A DNA stretch of 64,000 nucleotides from Tubulanus polymorphus (Eukaryota > Animalia > Nemertea). Location of the stretch: contig NC_134032.1 of assembly GCF_964204645.1 (NCBI RefSeq), positions 11,086,275 to 11,150,274 of the forward strand, given 5' to 3'. This document shows, piece after piece, positions 38,033 to 51,779 of this stretch. The notes beneath the pieces are model-generated. The model did not search any database. It had not been told where the DNA came from and saw only the letters and a list, made by a program, of their open reading frames with translations. Each line of letters begins with the position of its first letter. The first letter of the stretch is position 1. The position numbers and the translations under genes were made by a program.

Positions 38033-39194
38033 TGATCTACCAACCCATCTGATGCGATTACCATGTTGAGCATTCTCTGATACCCGGGCTATGAAACTAA
38101 TTCAATTCACATGGGGGTGTTTATGTTTTAGCTCATGCTATGTTTGAAGACATTGAGTATCATCAAGAATACGATGATCAATGGTTGAAATCAATTTGGG
38201 TGGCAATTAATACATATTTAGAAGACAGTGCTGTTCAGGTAGGTCGACTACAACCCACACTAGATGTTAATGCAGTTGGCTTTAGATCTCTAAATATGTA
38301 ACCCAAAAAAACCGAGTTCACAGTTCTGTGTCAGATATGAGTCCAGTTTTTTCATGAAAAAGTTTTAACTCCATTAATCAATTTCATTTCTTAGTAAATT
38401 TACTTTATCTTGAATCCTTAAAAGAGTTGATCTTTTTTTCTGAAACTGAACTAGAGTTTTTCTGAAACTGAACTAGAGTTGAGTATTTAGAAATATAGTA
38501 ATTTAACTCTAGTTAGGAGGGGGTCGTTAAGGATCATGATCTTTTAGTTATTGCTGTTTTTAGTCTATATGTATGAAAGCATTTGGCGAAACTGATGGAA
38601 TATCGACCAGTTCTTGAGTCGAGAATAGGTGAAGATCCTGACCTCAGACAGTAAGTAAACCCAACTTAAGAGCTAAGTACCGGTAATTTCCTCAAACGAA
38701 TTTTTTTCCAATGATTTTTTGTAGAGACCCGATTCATACAATGTGTTGTGGAGCAATTTTTGTTCATTGGAAGAATGCTAAAGTATTTTCAAACTGAAGA
38801 AGTCTTCAAGCTGTAGCAGCTATTGCATGTCTTGCTGATAATGGTAAGTACATGTACATGTTTCATGTTAGTGTACATGTGCATGTCGAAGTGTACATGT
38901 TTAGTATCAAAAGTACATGTCATTTTGTACATAGTCTATATTGCATGCATGTTTCATTTCGAAAGTATGTCAGCTTACAGAGATTGTGCATTATGTGATT
39001 GTCTTGTACAGTTTATGTACACTGATATAATACATGTGCATGTTTCAGTGTGTAAAGATCAAAAGAACATGAATTTCACATAGAATATTCTACTACAAAT
39101 CATTTCAACAAGGACTCAATACTTAAAGGAAAAAGGTTATCAAAGTTTTCAGGAAATATTGAAGTTTTATTTGAGTTGATCAGTAGATCTATAA

Positions 39195-40528
39195 TCATCC
39201 GAGCATATCGGTATATTCCGGTGTATTAGTATTTTTCGTTGCTATGACGTTCATTACAAATGCCGTCTGCAGACTGACCAGCGCCGCCGGTGCCCCCACG
39301 TATCTGATTAACAGATGATTACCGGATGAGATTCCGGACTGCAGTCCAGATGCTGACAGTTTCTGTAAGGTACAGTATAGTTCTCCGTAGTCAGCCGCTC
39401 GTCCGGTTAAACTAAGTTGTATACCTACACTACACGGGTCTCCTGCTGCATCTACAGCGCCCTCTGCTGGATTCATTAGTAAAACGGCGTAACCTACACG
39501 CTGAAATTATTGATTGTAGATTGTGGAGAAGGGGTTGAGGTAAAAGTTTGTAGGTTGTCTCCGGTATTACTTACCATCTCATCACCAATAGCGTAAACAT
39601 TCAATGTAACTGCTGAATCAGCTGAATGATGAACATAAACCTTCTTGTACGGTTCATCCTTCTTTACATGAATAACTGAGTTTTCAGGTGGAAGACCTGC
39701 AGGTAAAACATAGTGACAGATCATCATACCCAGTCCTACAGTTCTGGACCTAGTTACACAGTTCTGGACCTAGTTACACAGTTCTGAACTCGGTCCCACA
39801 GTCCTGAACTCAGTTCCACAGTCCTGAACCTAGTTCTACAGTTCTGGACTCAGTCCCACAGTTCTGAACTCAGTTCCACAGTTCTGAACCTAGTTACAGA
39901 GTTCTGAACTCAGTTCCGAAGTCCTGAACCTAGTTCCACAGTCCTGAACCTAGTTCCATAGTTCTGGACCTAGTTTCACAGTTCTGAACTCAGTCCCACA
40001 GTTCTGAACTCAGTTCCACAGTCCTGAACCTAGTTCCACAGTTCTGGACCTAGTTCCACTGATATGGATCCAGTTCCACAGTCAGGATCCAGTTAGAGTT
40101 TAGCTATATTATATTGAGGCGTCTAGTGAAATATTCTTACCCGTCTGTTGTGGACAGAGTCGTTGACAGTCTCTGTTCTGTGGATATATTTCGCAGAATG
40201 TTTTCCTCGGTTGCGGCGGGATCGGCCGATGAGGGAAACCTGTATAATACGGGTTCGGAAACTGTGGGGTTTGCTGATAATTGGGCAGATGGGGTCCACC
40301 CCACATTGAACCCCAGTTCGGTTTCTGATTCCAAATATTCCAACCTAAAATTAGAAAATTTGATTATCGGTGTAGTTTTGACTAACACGCAAGGATACAG
40401 AGAAATAAGAATAAATCATACTGACTCTACATCTGTACTTGCTTACCTCTATTTCCATGACTCCAGGGTGGACTTGAGATGGTGTCTCTCATTATCAATA
40501 TCAGCAACAGTAAACTATGAAACTTCAT
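39195..40528 (-). CDS. Nested secreted protein, 237 aa: signal peptide, W/P/Q-rich segment, CUB-like domain; exons 40528-40447, 40344-40141, 39696-39575, 39500-39195
   Basis: Four exons join in frame (82+204+122+306 = 714 nt) with GTAAG donors and AG acceptors. MKFHSLLLLILIMRDTISS signal; DPC..GELYC..ISSGNHLLIRY..AF is CUB-like. Confidence 0.8.
39735..40095. repeat. 20-bp minisatellite (cagttctgaactcagttcca), about 17 copies, in intron 2 of the nested gene
   Basis: Directly visible. Confidence 0.9.
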
Positions 40529-40624
40529 CTGTTAAAAACATTATAAGATATTTAAACGGCTAGAAACCCCTGACATAACCAACGTTAACGACTTATTCAT
40601 AAAACTCAATCACTTTAATACCTG

Positions 40625-40776
40625 GGGCCAGTTGCATAGTCATGGCTTAGACTTAAGACCAGTCTAAGACCAACTTCGTTCTATAGCCAATCTAACAACT
40701 TAAGACCAGTCTTAAGATTTAAGACCACTTTTTGACTTCTTGCCCCCTCTTTGACTCACGACTGTGCACCTGGCCC
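40625..40776. mobile_element. Harbinger-type MITE (GGGCC ends, CTG TSD)
   Basis: ctg|gggccagttgcatagtc ... gactgtgcacctggccc|ctg. Confidence 0.65.
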
Positions 40777-43162
40777 CTGGTCTATGACCTAAGCTCTTTG
40801 ACTTACCGTGAATCTATGATTCAAGTAAATTTAATTCTATGAAACTGGATAAGAGTTGACTGTCACGCATCCAGACTTGTTATGAAGGAAATTACAAACA
40901 TGAATGAGAAATAACTTTAGAATTCAATTTTACGTAGTGTATTTTCCATTATGTTTCTGACATTTTATAAGCCGTTCTCGACCATTAAATAAATTGTTAT
41001 TTCATTTCTACGTGACGACATATTTTCGGAATGTTTTCGTCTCATTGATAGAAACTAATGGATCTTCAATCATCTCAAACTGTAGGTGTTTTAACTGTAT
41101 TTTGCTATTTTTGTAGAGGTAATTCGACGCCAGTGTTTGGTTGAAAAGGTTCATCATAAAGTATTGACAGCGATGCAGGTTCACGACTGTTCTGAGTTAA
41201 TGCAGGAATGTGCTTTAGAAGCCATGGCGACACTCGCTAGCGCAGGTATGTGTTTAACTACTGGCGCCATCTACATCTTACCCCCAGACCCAGTTCCAAG
41301 ATTTAACTTAAGAGTTAACTCATTGAAAATGAACAGATTTCAATTGAGAGTTAACTTACTCAATGACCGTGGAACTGGAGGTGGTTCCACCTTGATGGTT
41401 CCACCTTGAAAATAAGCTTAAAACCTAGGACTAGTTTAAATATATGGAATATATGAGAACCATTTCAAAAATATCAGCCATTCGAGCGTTTGAGACTACC
41501 ATACGATTTTGTATTTTAGAGGGTGGGACTAAATTGTTGATTGACAGCTATGATTTTGTAATTTAGAGGGCGGTACTAAACTTATGATTGATGCTGAGGC
41601 TATTGAACAAGTGATACACACTATGGAAATTCTTCAATTCAGTGCAGGTCGGTTATATTTAACTTATGCTTTGAATAGAGATGAAAAAACAGTTGATTTC
41701 GAAAAATTTTAATTTTGACTCAATAGTGTATCACAGCAACACGATGATTTTTTTTACTTCAGGTATTCAGAAACGTGCTATGGTTGTTTTACAAATATTC
41801 TCTGAAGAATGGCAGTTTCATGATGAACAGTTATTACTGAGTCTAGCATCTGTGTTACAGTCCGTTCTTGATGTATTTTTTGATGATATATTTCTACTGC
41901 AAGAGGTAAGAGTGATGGAGGGAGAGGAGAGAGAGAGTTGGACAGAGAGGGGGAGAGGAGAGAGGGTGTTAGGAGAGGGGAGAGGGAGGGGAGAGAGAGG
42001 AAGAGTTGGGGAGAGGGAGGGAAGAGAAGGGGAACAACTTGTTCATGTTACTCTTCGCAGTGACATTAGCTTTATAGAAAATGACTACTACCAGTTACTC
42101 TTGAACTTCTGTAAAATTTATAATCTAGCTTTCTTTTTGCTGGGGCACTAGAGTAAAAAGGGCTGCAACTGTAACTCACAAAATCATCCTTAAAATCTGC
42201 TCCTGACCTTATTGTTGAATATACAGTGCCCCCTGGTGACGATAGCATTGTTTATTTCAGACGTGTGTTGCTATTCATCTATTGGCTGAAGAAGGTAGCG
42301 TTATTTGTTGGGCTTTTATCGATCAAAAAGTTGAACGAGGACTTTTCAATATATTGGAACAAAAACAGGATTATGCCGGTAAATATATATCTGTTCTACA
42401 TCTCAACTTTCAGAGTGCCACATCCAGTTCATTAATTGACTCTTGAGCAAAACTTTGGTATGGTTTCTGTATCCTAATGTTACCTAAAAACTGTGTTAAA
42501 CCAGGTCCTAGAACTTGAACCAGGTCCTATAACTTAAACCAGGTCTTAGAACTTGAACCAGGTCCTAGAACTTGGTCCTGCTGCCTCTATATGGATATAT
42601 GACCTGTATATATGAAATCCAGTAGTGATTTTGTAAAATTTGTTGATGTTTTGTTGTTGTTTTTTTTTTCAGATTTATTGGAGTATGCTAGTTATTGTAT
42701 TTATATAATAGGATGGGTGGCAGGATTCAATCCAAGACTTCTACTATCGGCGTGTGAACTCGGTTTACTAAAGGTACATGTGCCTGTTATGTATCTGTAT
42801 TACATGTACATGTCACATTCATTATTGATTATATCAAATCCTGACAACTGTTCAGCTGGATGCTAATTGTTTGTTTGCTGTGAGATAACTTTTGAAACTT
42901 TTCCCGTTGAATTACAGACTCCCCTCTCCCCTATTGAATTCATCAGAATGCATCACTTATTTATATCATATCATTATTTACCATCAAAGACAGTCTCATT
43001 TATCAATTTAGTTATTTATTTGTCGTTGGAACTACTTTTTGTTCGGAAGAATATGCGGCTTCACGTATATTCCGCCGTGCTTCACACACATGCGCGCCAC
43101 AAGACTCGCTGCAATGTAATCTGTGCTAGTATATGAAAAGCACGCCTCTCATGTGGTAGCCC

Positions 43163-46100
43163 CAGGGTTCAAAGCGGTCATGGATTTCCTGGAAAGTCAT
43201 GGATTCAAAAATTGTCAAATCCAGGCCCCTAAATGTCCCTAGGTCATGGAAAGGTCATGGAATTGCATTTCCATAAACCCTGTGCATAGGATACAGAACC
43301 CTGACACATGTTTAAAGGCCTATATCCAACAACATGCATCATTGTGTATTCCAGACTGGGACCCACTTAATTGATGAATAATACATATCCTAAGCCCTGG
43401 GGACCTAAGTTACTATAAATTGCACTCTGAATGCATTGACCATTGAAGTATACCATTGAAGAGGTGTGTTAATTATGATGGCTCATTCCTCAATTCAATC
43501 TACTATTGTAAAGGCTTGCAGTCTAAATAATGTTAGTCTTGATAATTGCTTGAATTGTAATGAAATTGGTAATTAGCAGTTAAATTAGTAGCGTTTCAGT
43601 GTTCAGACTCTACTTATGCCTACCTATAACATATATAACTGTGATTAATTTCTAAATGACATAAACTGGGTCTGTTAGAACAATGCATTTCACATGGTTA
43701 ATTTATTAAATATTTCATTCAAAATTGTTTCCTAATTATTAATCTTACAATAGCTCTGAAACTAAATAATAGGCCTAGCAAAACTGGGCCTTTCATTAGA
43801 TATGTATTGCATCTGCATGAGGAAACATCCATCAGAGTTCAGTCCTTAAAGAAATATTCAGTATGCCCGGAAAGTGTAGATTTAAAGATTCCTGGCTTAA
43901 TCATGAGGATTATAGTCCTTGGATAGGAAAAACAAAATCAGAATATGAAGCCAGATGTATGAAATGTCTTCGGAACTTCAGCATCGCAAATATGGGAGAG
44001 GCTGCTTTGAAAAGTCACATTAAAAGTAAACTCCATGTGTCATCGATGACCTTGGCTAATTCAACAAGAGGTATTCCTAACATGTTTTCGAGTAATACAA
44101 CAAGCAGTATTTTGACAGCAAGTAATCGTCAAACATCAAGGTAAGTTAATCATTAATATACAGAATTGTTAATATTTTAAAATTGAATTTATTACAACTA
44201 TGTTAGTTATTACAATTATTATTTTTATTTTGCAGGCCAATAATGGACTCATATATTGCAAAAGATACTGTCCTGAAATCCGAGATAATTCATGCTTTGA
44301 ATATGATAAACAATCACCACAGTTACAATTCCTGTTCTGGAATGAATGACATACTTAAGGCATGCTTTCCAGACAGTCAAATAGCCGAGATGTTTTCACT
44401 TAGTCAACAGAAAGCAGCATATCTAGTTCGTTTTGGTATTATGCCACATGTAAAGGATCTAATGAGACGGAAAATCAAAGACCAACAATACGTGTTACTA
44501 TTCGACGAATCATTGAATCAGCGTACGCAAACTAAACAGTTGGATGTGTTAATTAGGTTCTGGGACCATGATGTAGTAAGGTCTTCGTATTACGGTTCAG
44601 ACTTCATTGGACGAGCGACTGCAGACGATATGCTGCATTCATTTATGGACACATTTGGAGATCTCAATTACTCCAATCTTTATCAACTGTCCATGGATGG
44701 TCCAAATGTGAATTGGAAATTTTATGAATTGTTGCAACAAGAAATTTCAAGTATGTGTAATACTCGAAAGTCTATTCTGAACATAGGCAGCTGTGGCTTA
44801 CATGTCATGCATAATGCCTTCAAAGCCGGCGACCATGCTACTGACTGGGATTTGGAGTCACTTCTTATCAACCTGCGTTATTTGTTCAAAGATGCTCCTG
44901 TCAGAAGAGAAATGTTTACTGAGGTCACTGGTAGTCAGAAGTTTCCATATAAATTTTGCTCTACTAGGTAAGTGAATTGGATTTTAGTTGTTATTAAAAT
45001 ACATGTACTTAATTAGGCAATCCAAATTACCCTGGTTATCAATTATTGTTTTATCTCCTTGCCGTATGTTAGCAGTTAAACTCAACATTTCTATTTTTGT
45101 TTTAGATGGCTGGATAACCTGCCAGCTGCATAACGTGCGATTGAACTATGGCCGTATATCATAAAATTCGTGGAGCACGTTCAAACTTTGAAAAAGGCTA
45201 ACATACCGACATCGAAACCATATTTATACATAAAAGACTTAGCGTCATCTGATATGGTATTGCCGAGACTGCATGCGTATGTATCTATTGCAAAAACAGT
45301 TACACCGTTCTTAACCATCTACCAGACGGACAGGCCAATGCTGCCATTTTTGGCGGAAGACATACATAATGTTCTCCGATTACTGATGAAGCGATTCATC
45401 AAAAGTGATATAATTCGGGAAGCAGATACTCTCACTAAGTTGATCAAGATAGATACAAAAAAGGAATCGAATTATTGCGTTCATTCTAAAATCGACATCG
45501 GATTTATCGCGGAGGCAAAAGTTAAGGAACTTATTGCAGTTGGAAAAGCAAGTCAGCGCCAGTTTCTCGATCTGAGAATGAACACTCGAAAATTTCTTAT
45601 CAGTTTAGTGGATAAAATAATAGCCAAAGCGCCGATCCAATATTCTTTGGTTAGAAATATGGTATGTTTAAATCCGAACGAGCTTGCCGCTAATTGTGAC
45701 CAAAGTCGCGCTCAGTTCAAGAGAATAATAAGTTCATTGTCGAGCTCGAATCATATAGATGATTCGGATTGTGATACCGTGTTAAACCAAATGGACGAAT
45801 TCATCAATAGCGTTTTCGTAAAAACTAAATCGGATTTTGTGAGCTTCAACAAAAAAACAGATCGATTAGATACTTTCTATCATAAACATATGCAATGCAA
45901 TTCATCATTTGATAAATTATGGTCAGTTATAAGCAACCTGCTGTTATTATCTCATGGGCAGGCTTCTGTAGAGAGAGGGTTTTCGGTAAATAAGCAGATC
46001 GAGGTTGAAAACCTAGCTAATGAATCGTATGAAGCTCAAAGAATGATTGTAGACCACATTCGATCCGTAGGGGGTGTGCTGAAAGTACAAATTACCAAGG

Positions 46101-46740
46101 AGTTACTTCTTTCCGCATCTCAGGCATATTCGAAGTACAAGGCCTATCTGGAGAAATGTAAGGCTGATTCAGAAAAAAGTGCTTGGGGTATTAAGCGTAA
46201 AGCCGAATGTGACGAATTGGAGAAATTAAAACGAAAAAAGAAATTGCTTGAAATTGACATCGAGTCGCTCACCACCTCCGCAAATAAGTTTATTGAGCAA
46301 GCAGAACAGGCAACAGCTTTAAAAGATGTTCGTCCACTGATTACGAAATCAGTGTCATTCCGCAAATCGGCCAATGATAAACGTGCAGAAATTAATGACA
46401 TTTCAGAACTTATTGATACAAAACAAGAAGCACTAAAAGGACTTTAAGATGTTACTTTGATATATCAATGCTTTACCGGTTTAGGTTTATGTTAATAAAA
46501 GATTAATCATTTGTCTGCACCATGAAGTATATGAGTATATAATTATGAAATAAAATTAATATTCTAACAAATTAATAATTTGTCTTTTTAACGTTTGTTC
46601 TTTTATAGTTAAGTTTGTCGTTTCATGGTCATTCCTCGGGGTTTCAGATATGAAATTAGGGTTGGAGAGGTCATTGAATTGGGATTGAAAAGGTCATGGA
46701 AAGTCATTGAATCAGATAGGTCATGGAAGCTTGAACCCTG
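43163..46740 (+). mobile_element. Full-length hAT DNA transposon with 6-bp TSD
   Basis: tagccc|cagggttcaa ... ttgaaccctg|tagccc; subterminal ggtcatggaa repeats. Confidence 0.92.
43863..46447 (+). pseudogene. hAT transposase, exons 43863-44140, 44236-44967, 45106-46447; one in-frame TAA
   Basis: BED-type CMKC..H....H, LLFDES, MDGPNVN, CGLH, spliced RW, SVERGFS; TAA at 45131-45133. Confidence 0.88.
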
Positions 46741-46799
46741 TAGCCCAGTTAAAAGTTTTCCAGGAAACTGTATCTGATTCAACTGCCAAGGTTTGTAAA

Positions 46800-47790
46800 T
46801 GATTCACGGGCCGGCCGTGAAAAGCAGTGAATTTAATAGAAGCGCAGTGAAATGGGGGCGTTACTAAAAACTATGTGCCACTAAAACGAAGACCTATGCA
46901 CTTAGAGGTGTAAGAACTATGCATGACTAAAACGAAGTCCGATGAGCTATTGCACTGTATTCAAACACCTCTGCCAATGAGTGTAGGCAATACCAGATAT
47001 AAACACATGCATGTGAAACGTAAATTGGTCGGTTTTCTCTGGTGCATATAGTCTTTTTATTTTTTAGTGCTTCGTTTTAGTAACACTTGTTGCTTAACTC
47101 AACGAATGACAAATTTCAAAATCAATCATATTTATTCTCATACAACAATTATACAAAATGCCAGGTGTGCTCGAGGAATTATAATGTAAGCTCCTCAAAC
47201 ACGTGGACTTTCAAAAACAATTAGTCCAACCACCATAGGCGTATAAACTATAAATGAGTGTTTATACGCCCCTTGGTCCAAACATAGACTCTAAAACAAA
47301 AAAGTCTATGGGCCCAACCTTGGACTCAATTGTCCATGGCCCCCGCACTAAAACCAGAGATAAACCTGGCCAAATACTCTGGAAAGCGTAGGATTAAGTA
47401 ATCAATCTGATTTACATTCTTTACATCATTTTATTTTCACATTATTAACTTTTAGCTTATTTTCTCAAATTTTAATAGCAATTTTATTTCTATTACTATG
47501 TATGAAATTGTACTAACTTTAAAATCACAAAAGTTACATGTAAGGTATTTATAAGTCTTTATACATGATACATTTCCACTACAGCTGATTCATACAATTT
47601 GCATCAATAGGAAAATAACAAAAATACACAAAGAGTTGTAAACTTTGATCGTTAAAACACCGAAAAAAGGACTAGTCTGAAAGTCTAAGATTATGAATTT
47701 GACAAATCATGAGGTCAAAATAACCGATACTTTGTTATATTTCATGAAATATGAATCTATCATCGTCAACTTTTCAAATGACATCTTAAT
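46800..47790 (-). mobile_element. Dispersed repeat family B, inverted copy
   Basis: Reverse complement of 24880-25890. Confidence 0.8.
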
Positions 47791-47966
47791 TATCAAGAAA
47801 AAACCTTAAACCTACAAATTCACTCACTCTGGAAAGCGTATGGTTAACTAATTAATCTTAATTATTACTAGAAAACTAAAAACATTGCCAAATTTTCCTC
47901 GTCTTTAAGAGATTTCTTCAAACATTATCAACTACTTTTTTCACAAATTTTACATTAGAAACAAAG

Positions 47967-48210
47967 CAGGGTCTGATTTAAGCACTAGTCCAATTGCCCC
48001 AGACAAGTATATTTTCATTAGGGCATGAAGGTTATCATTATCACTCATCCACCGGGCTTGTGTAATTCTATGTCTCAAAGCTTTTTCCAAGATTATTGTG
48101 TCACAATCGGACTATTCATGTAGAGCAAGTTGATTTTTGAGGGGGCAAGTGATATAACATATATGCTTGCCCCAAGGTCAAGTGGCATTTATTCCTCAGA
48201 TCAAACCCTG
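47967..48210. mobile_element. hAT-like MITE
   Basis: cagggtctgat ... atcaaaccctg. Confidence 0.55.
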
Positions 48211-50529
48211 CAAACTATTATAAAGGTTTTTCTTCGTGATAATTAGAGATAAATCGAGTATCTTCATATAAATATGGTTTGACTGACGAAGCTGCGGTAA
48301 CTTCTTAATTGTTTTATTCAACTTGATAGTAGATATAAATACAACTCTATATAAAAATCAGAAATTCTTGTCCAGATATTACTGGCCCCACACAGATGCG
48401 GTTAAACTGATAATCAAAACAATGCTAGGACAATTATTCTATGCTGCTGCTATCACCTAAGTGAAATTTTTGCTAAAGAACTTAACAACTGAAAAGTTTC
48501 GACATGAATGATGAAAATGTACATCGTTTTATTCACGCAACAATAATATCTTAATCATCATGCAAGTTCCTAATTTACAAACACGCGAACTGTGTTACAA
48601 TAACAGTCTTCAACAGCATTAAAAAGCATTAAAACTAGAGATGAGAAACTCAGATTCACTCTGGAACTCTTTGTATCAATTAATCATTACTTTCACTAGA
48701 AAACTAGAATTTTGCCTACTTTGCCTTGTCTTAAAGATTTCCAAACACCTTGACATTACATACTAAGTATTCTGACGTTTTTCCTGGCAGCTTCAACTTA
48801 ATTATACAATCGGTAACTAATCAATAACATCAATAACTTAAGTTTATAGCTGTTTTAAATTCTTTCTAAAAAGTAAATGTATGTACCAGATTTTAGATAG
48901 TAAGTTTACCCATGTATAGTAAGTTTACCCATGTATAACAATAAACAGTCACAGCAGTGATTGAGCGCGGCTAGTTGAACGGATGGGTAGATCTTTCATC
49001 ACAGTTATTCATAGCATTCTATCATATCAGTTATCTTTTTAAATGTTTTCGATTTAGTTAAGGTTTATGGTTATTTGTTTTGTTCATTACAATAACTGAG
49101 TTGATAGAATGCTTTGATTAACAACAGAAAAGATCTCGGGTTTTTGCTATACTTAGGGAAGGTTGTTCGATAAATGAAGAACCTTGTTGATAAATATTTG
49201 AAAAAATGCCTTTTCATATAAATAGAATATTAATTTGTTGTTTGTTTGTATTGTTGTTTATTCTATTTATTATTTATTGGTTTTTTTATTTTTTAGAATT
49301 AATTTATGTACTTGTTGTTTGTGGTTATGTATTATTTTTACTCCTCTATTTACAACTGCAGGCATTTTTTCACTGTAAAGTTCTGGGCCCATTTTAAGAA
49401 AGCGCTACTGATTCACTGCCACTCCTTAATAATCATTATACTACCGATTTGAAGGTAAGTGATTATTCACGAGAGCCATCTCGTGATATGGATTTACCCA
49501 TTATAATAAAAGAAGTTCAAACAGCTATAAACAATGTTAAAACGTTAAAAATTAGTCCTAGCTATAACTTTATGCCTTGTTATTCCTAGCTTTACCTCTC
49601 AAATGTAAATAATGGTCTCCTTTCAGATAAAGCTTTAGTTTTCAAATACATAGATATGATCATCAAACAGATTGATGGAGGCTTAAATCGAAATCTACGA
49701 TTTGTTTCAAATTTTTCAAATTGGTTACCTTCGAAAATATCAATGCCATCAAATTTGTACATCTAAAATTCAGCAAATAGTTAATATTTGTACATCAACA
49801 CTGGTCTAATGTTATGTTCTATGTTTCCTAACTATGTGATATCTACACGGACAAATAGCCACAGTTGACTATGTTCACTATGGTAAGTTGGAAGATTAAA
49901 CTCACAATTCATGTTGAAACTATATCTCAGTTTAGGAGTTAACTCAACAGACCTACAAGTCAAAACTAGGCACTCAACACGACCATTTACCCCTAGTGAC
50001 TAACTTAACTTGACTTATCTATCAACCAAGGATCAAAGACCAAATCATGCATTAATGGAGCTTAGCTTTTATTAGACTCTCACATTGCATAAACATTATC
50101 AAATAGTTTCCTTGAAAACACTATATTATCCATCAGACAGGTTTGAAAAAGGTGATAAGCAAAAAAATCAATACTTTACTACAGAAGTCCGCTATTGTCT
50201 TCGCCGCTCCTGGATCTCAGTGTTTTTAAGATGCACTATTATCTATGCTGCTCCTAATAAGATACACTATTGTCTTTGCTGCTTTTAAAACAGTGTTTAT
50301 CCTGAATCAGTGTTTATGAGAGAATCCATTAGCTTTGTCGCTTGAATCAGTGTTTATAAGATTCACTATTGTCTCTGCTGCTCCTGATATAATGTTTTAT
50401 AGAAATCACTGATTGTGGAAGAATCCATCGTTGAGTGATTAATCCGTTGCTGGCTCCTCAACTTCTCATTTGGGCTTCTGCAGTTTTCATCAGCAAATGG
50501 GTCAATCAGTATTCATCTACTTGTAGATT

Positions 50530-51150
50530 TTCTGATGAGTAGTTGATCTCAAGCTGGGTTTTATCTCATAGTTGATATTTAGCTGCAATGATCAAAAGAA
50601 GATATCCTTTAATGACAAAATATTTCAATAAGAATTGATCGTAATAATTTCATGTATATCAAGTTACCTTTTATGATTGCTTGGTTCGTTATCGGTGTGG
50701 ATCATCTAAGTTGGTGGGTTAATGAGTTCGATTCTGTTGGCCTCATCTGTTCGCTGTTCCAGTTGGGCGATTTTGGACGAGTAGCTGATCTCAAGCTGGG
50801 TTTCTTCTTATAGTTGAAATTTAGCTGCAATGATTAAAAGTAGATATCCTGTAATGACAAAATATTTCATTTATAATTTATCGAAATAATTTCATGTATA
50901 TCAAGTTACCTTTTATGATTGCTTGGTTCGTAATCGGCGTGGATCATCTTAAGTTTGTTTGTTGATAAGTTGGATTCTAGTTGGCCTCATCTTACATTTC
51001 ACGTTTGCTGGGTTCAGTATCGGTCGATTTTGGACGAGTGGTTGATCCCAAACTGGGTTTTTCTCATAGTTGAAATTTAGCTGCAATGATTAAAAGAAGA
51101 TATTCTGTAATGACAAAATATTTCATTTAGAATTTATCATAATAATTTCC
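50530..51150. repeat. Three tandem ~250-bp units carrying minus-strand splice signals
   Basis: The gagtagttgatctcaagctggg..ttagctgcaatga block recurs at ~50537, ~50779 and ~51036. Confidence 0.75.
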
Positions 51151-51564
51151 ATAAATAATATACCTAGAATAGCCTACTCGGTTATATTCGTAACACCGGA
51201 CAAATTATAAGCGAACATACGATACTTAGTCCAATGAAATGCTCGCCATTTTGTTTTGGGTTCCACATTGGGTTTTCCCAATGGGCTTTCCCAATTACAT
51301 CAGAAACTCCCGGAATTTCCGGTATCCAACAAACAGCCAATCACATTCAATGTAGCTCAGGTAATGAGGTCAACTCAGATAAATTGATGCGAGAAAATTT
51401 TGGGGGTTTATAAAGTGAGGACCCGTAGGTCGAAAAGTACATCGAGATGAGTCGCAAAAAAAACGGCAACACTTCCGGGAAGGATTGAACTTTTATATAT
51501 TTCAATTCCAAGTATGCAAATTCTCATATATGAAAACGTGCCATTACTTATTGCTAAAAAGCAG

Positions 51565-51691
51565 GGGCCAGTTGCTCAAAAGTTGGTTAAACATAACCGC
51601 CTGTTAAATACCATAGTAACAATGAAATTTCAATTGTCACCATATCAACTATCCACTGGTTAACTCTAACCAACTTTTGAGCAACCGGCCC
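51565..51691. mobile_element. Harbinger-type MITE (CAG TSD)
   Basis: cag|gggccagttgctcaaaagttggtta ... taaccaacttttgagcaaccggccc|cag. Confidence 0.75.
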
Positions 51692-51779
51692 CAGGTTTTT
51701 ACGTGTTTTTCAATCTAGAATAAGTCCCCTACTATAACTCGATCACTATGAAATTTTTGTGGGCTCGAGAACTCATTAA

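Larger units (their letters stand above)
38033..42773 (+). pseudogene. LRRK2: LRRK2-like ARM/ANK-region gene fragment, about 9 exons, disabled
   Basis: Exons ~38033-38238, 38564-38650, 38725-38843, 41117-41245, 41567-41647, 41763-41905, 42261-42294, 42414-42457, 42673-42773. They translate to QWLKSIW..AVQ, LMEYRPVLESRIGED, VHHKVLTAMQVH, GIQKRAM and LLLSACELG, collinear by eye with the LRRK2 N-terminus. Frameshift in exon 2; TGA at 38795. Confidence 0.7.

Noticed and set aside
39735-40095. CRISPR-like array (also 19450-20092)
   Set aside because: Head-to-tail units without unique spacers, no cas genes, eukaryotic context.
40137-40388. 83-aa ORF as exon 2 of the nested gene
   Set aside because: Its phase leads to a stop in exon 3; the 40109..40306 frame gives the fully open model.
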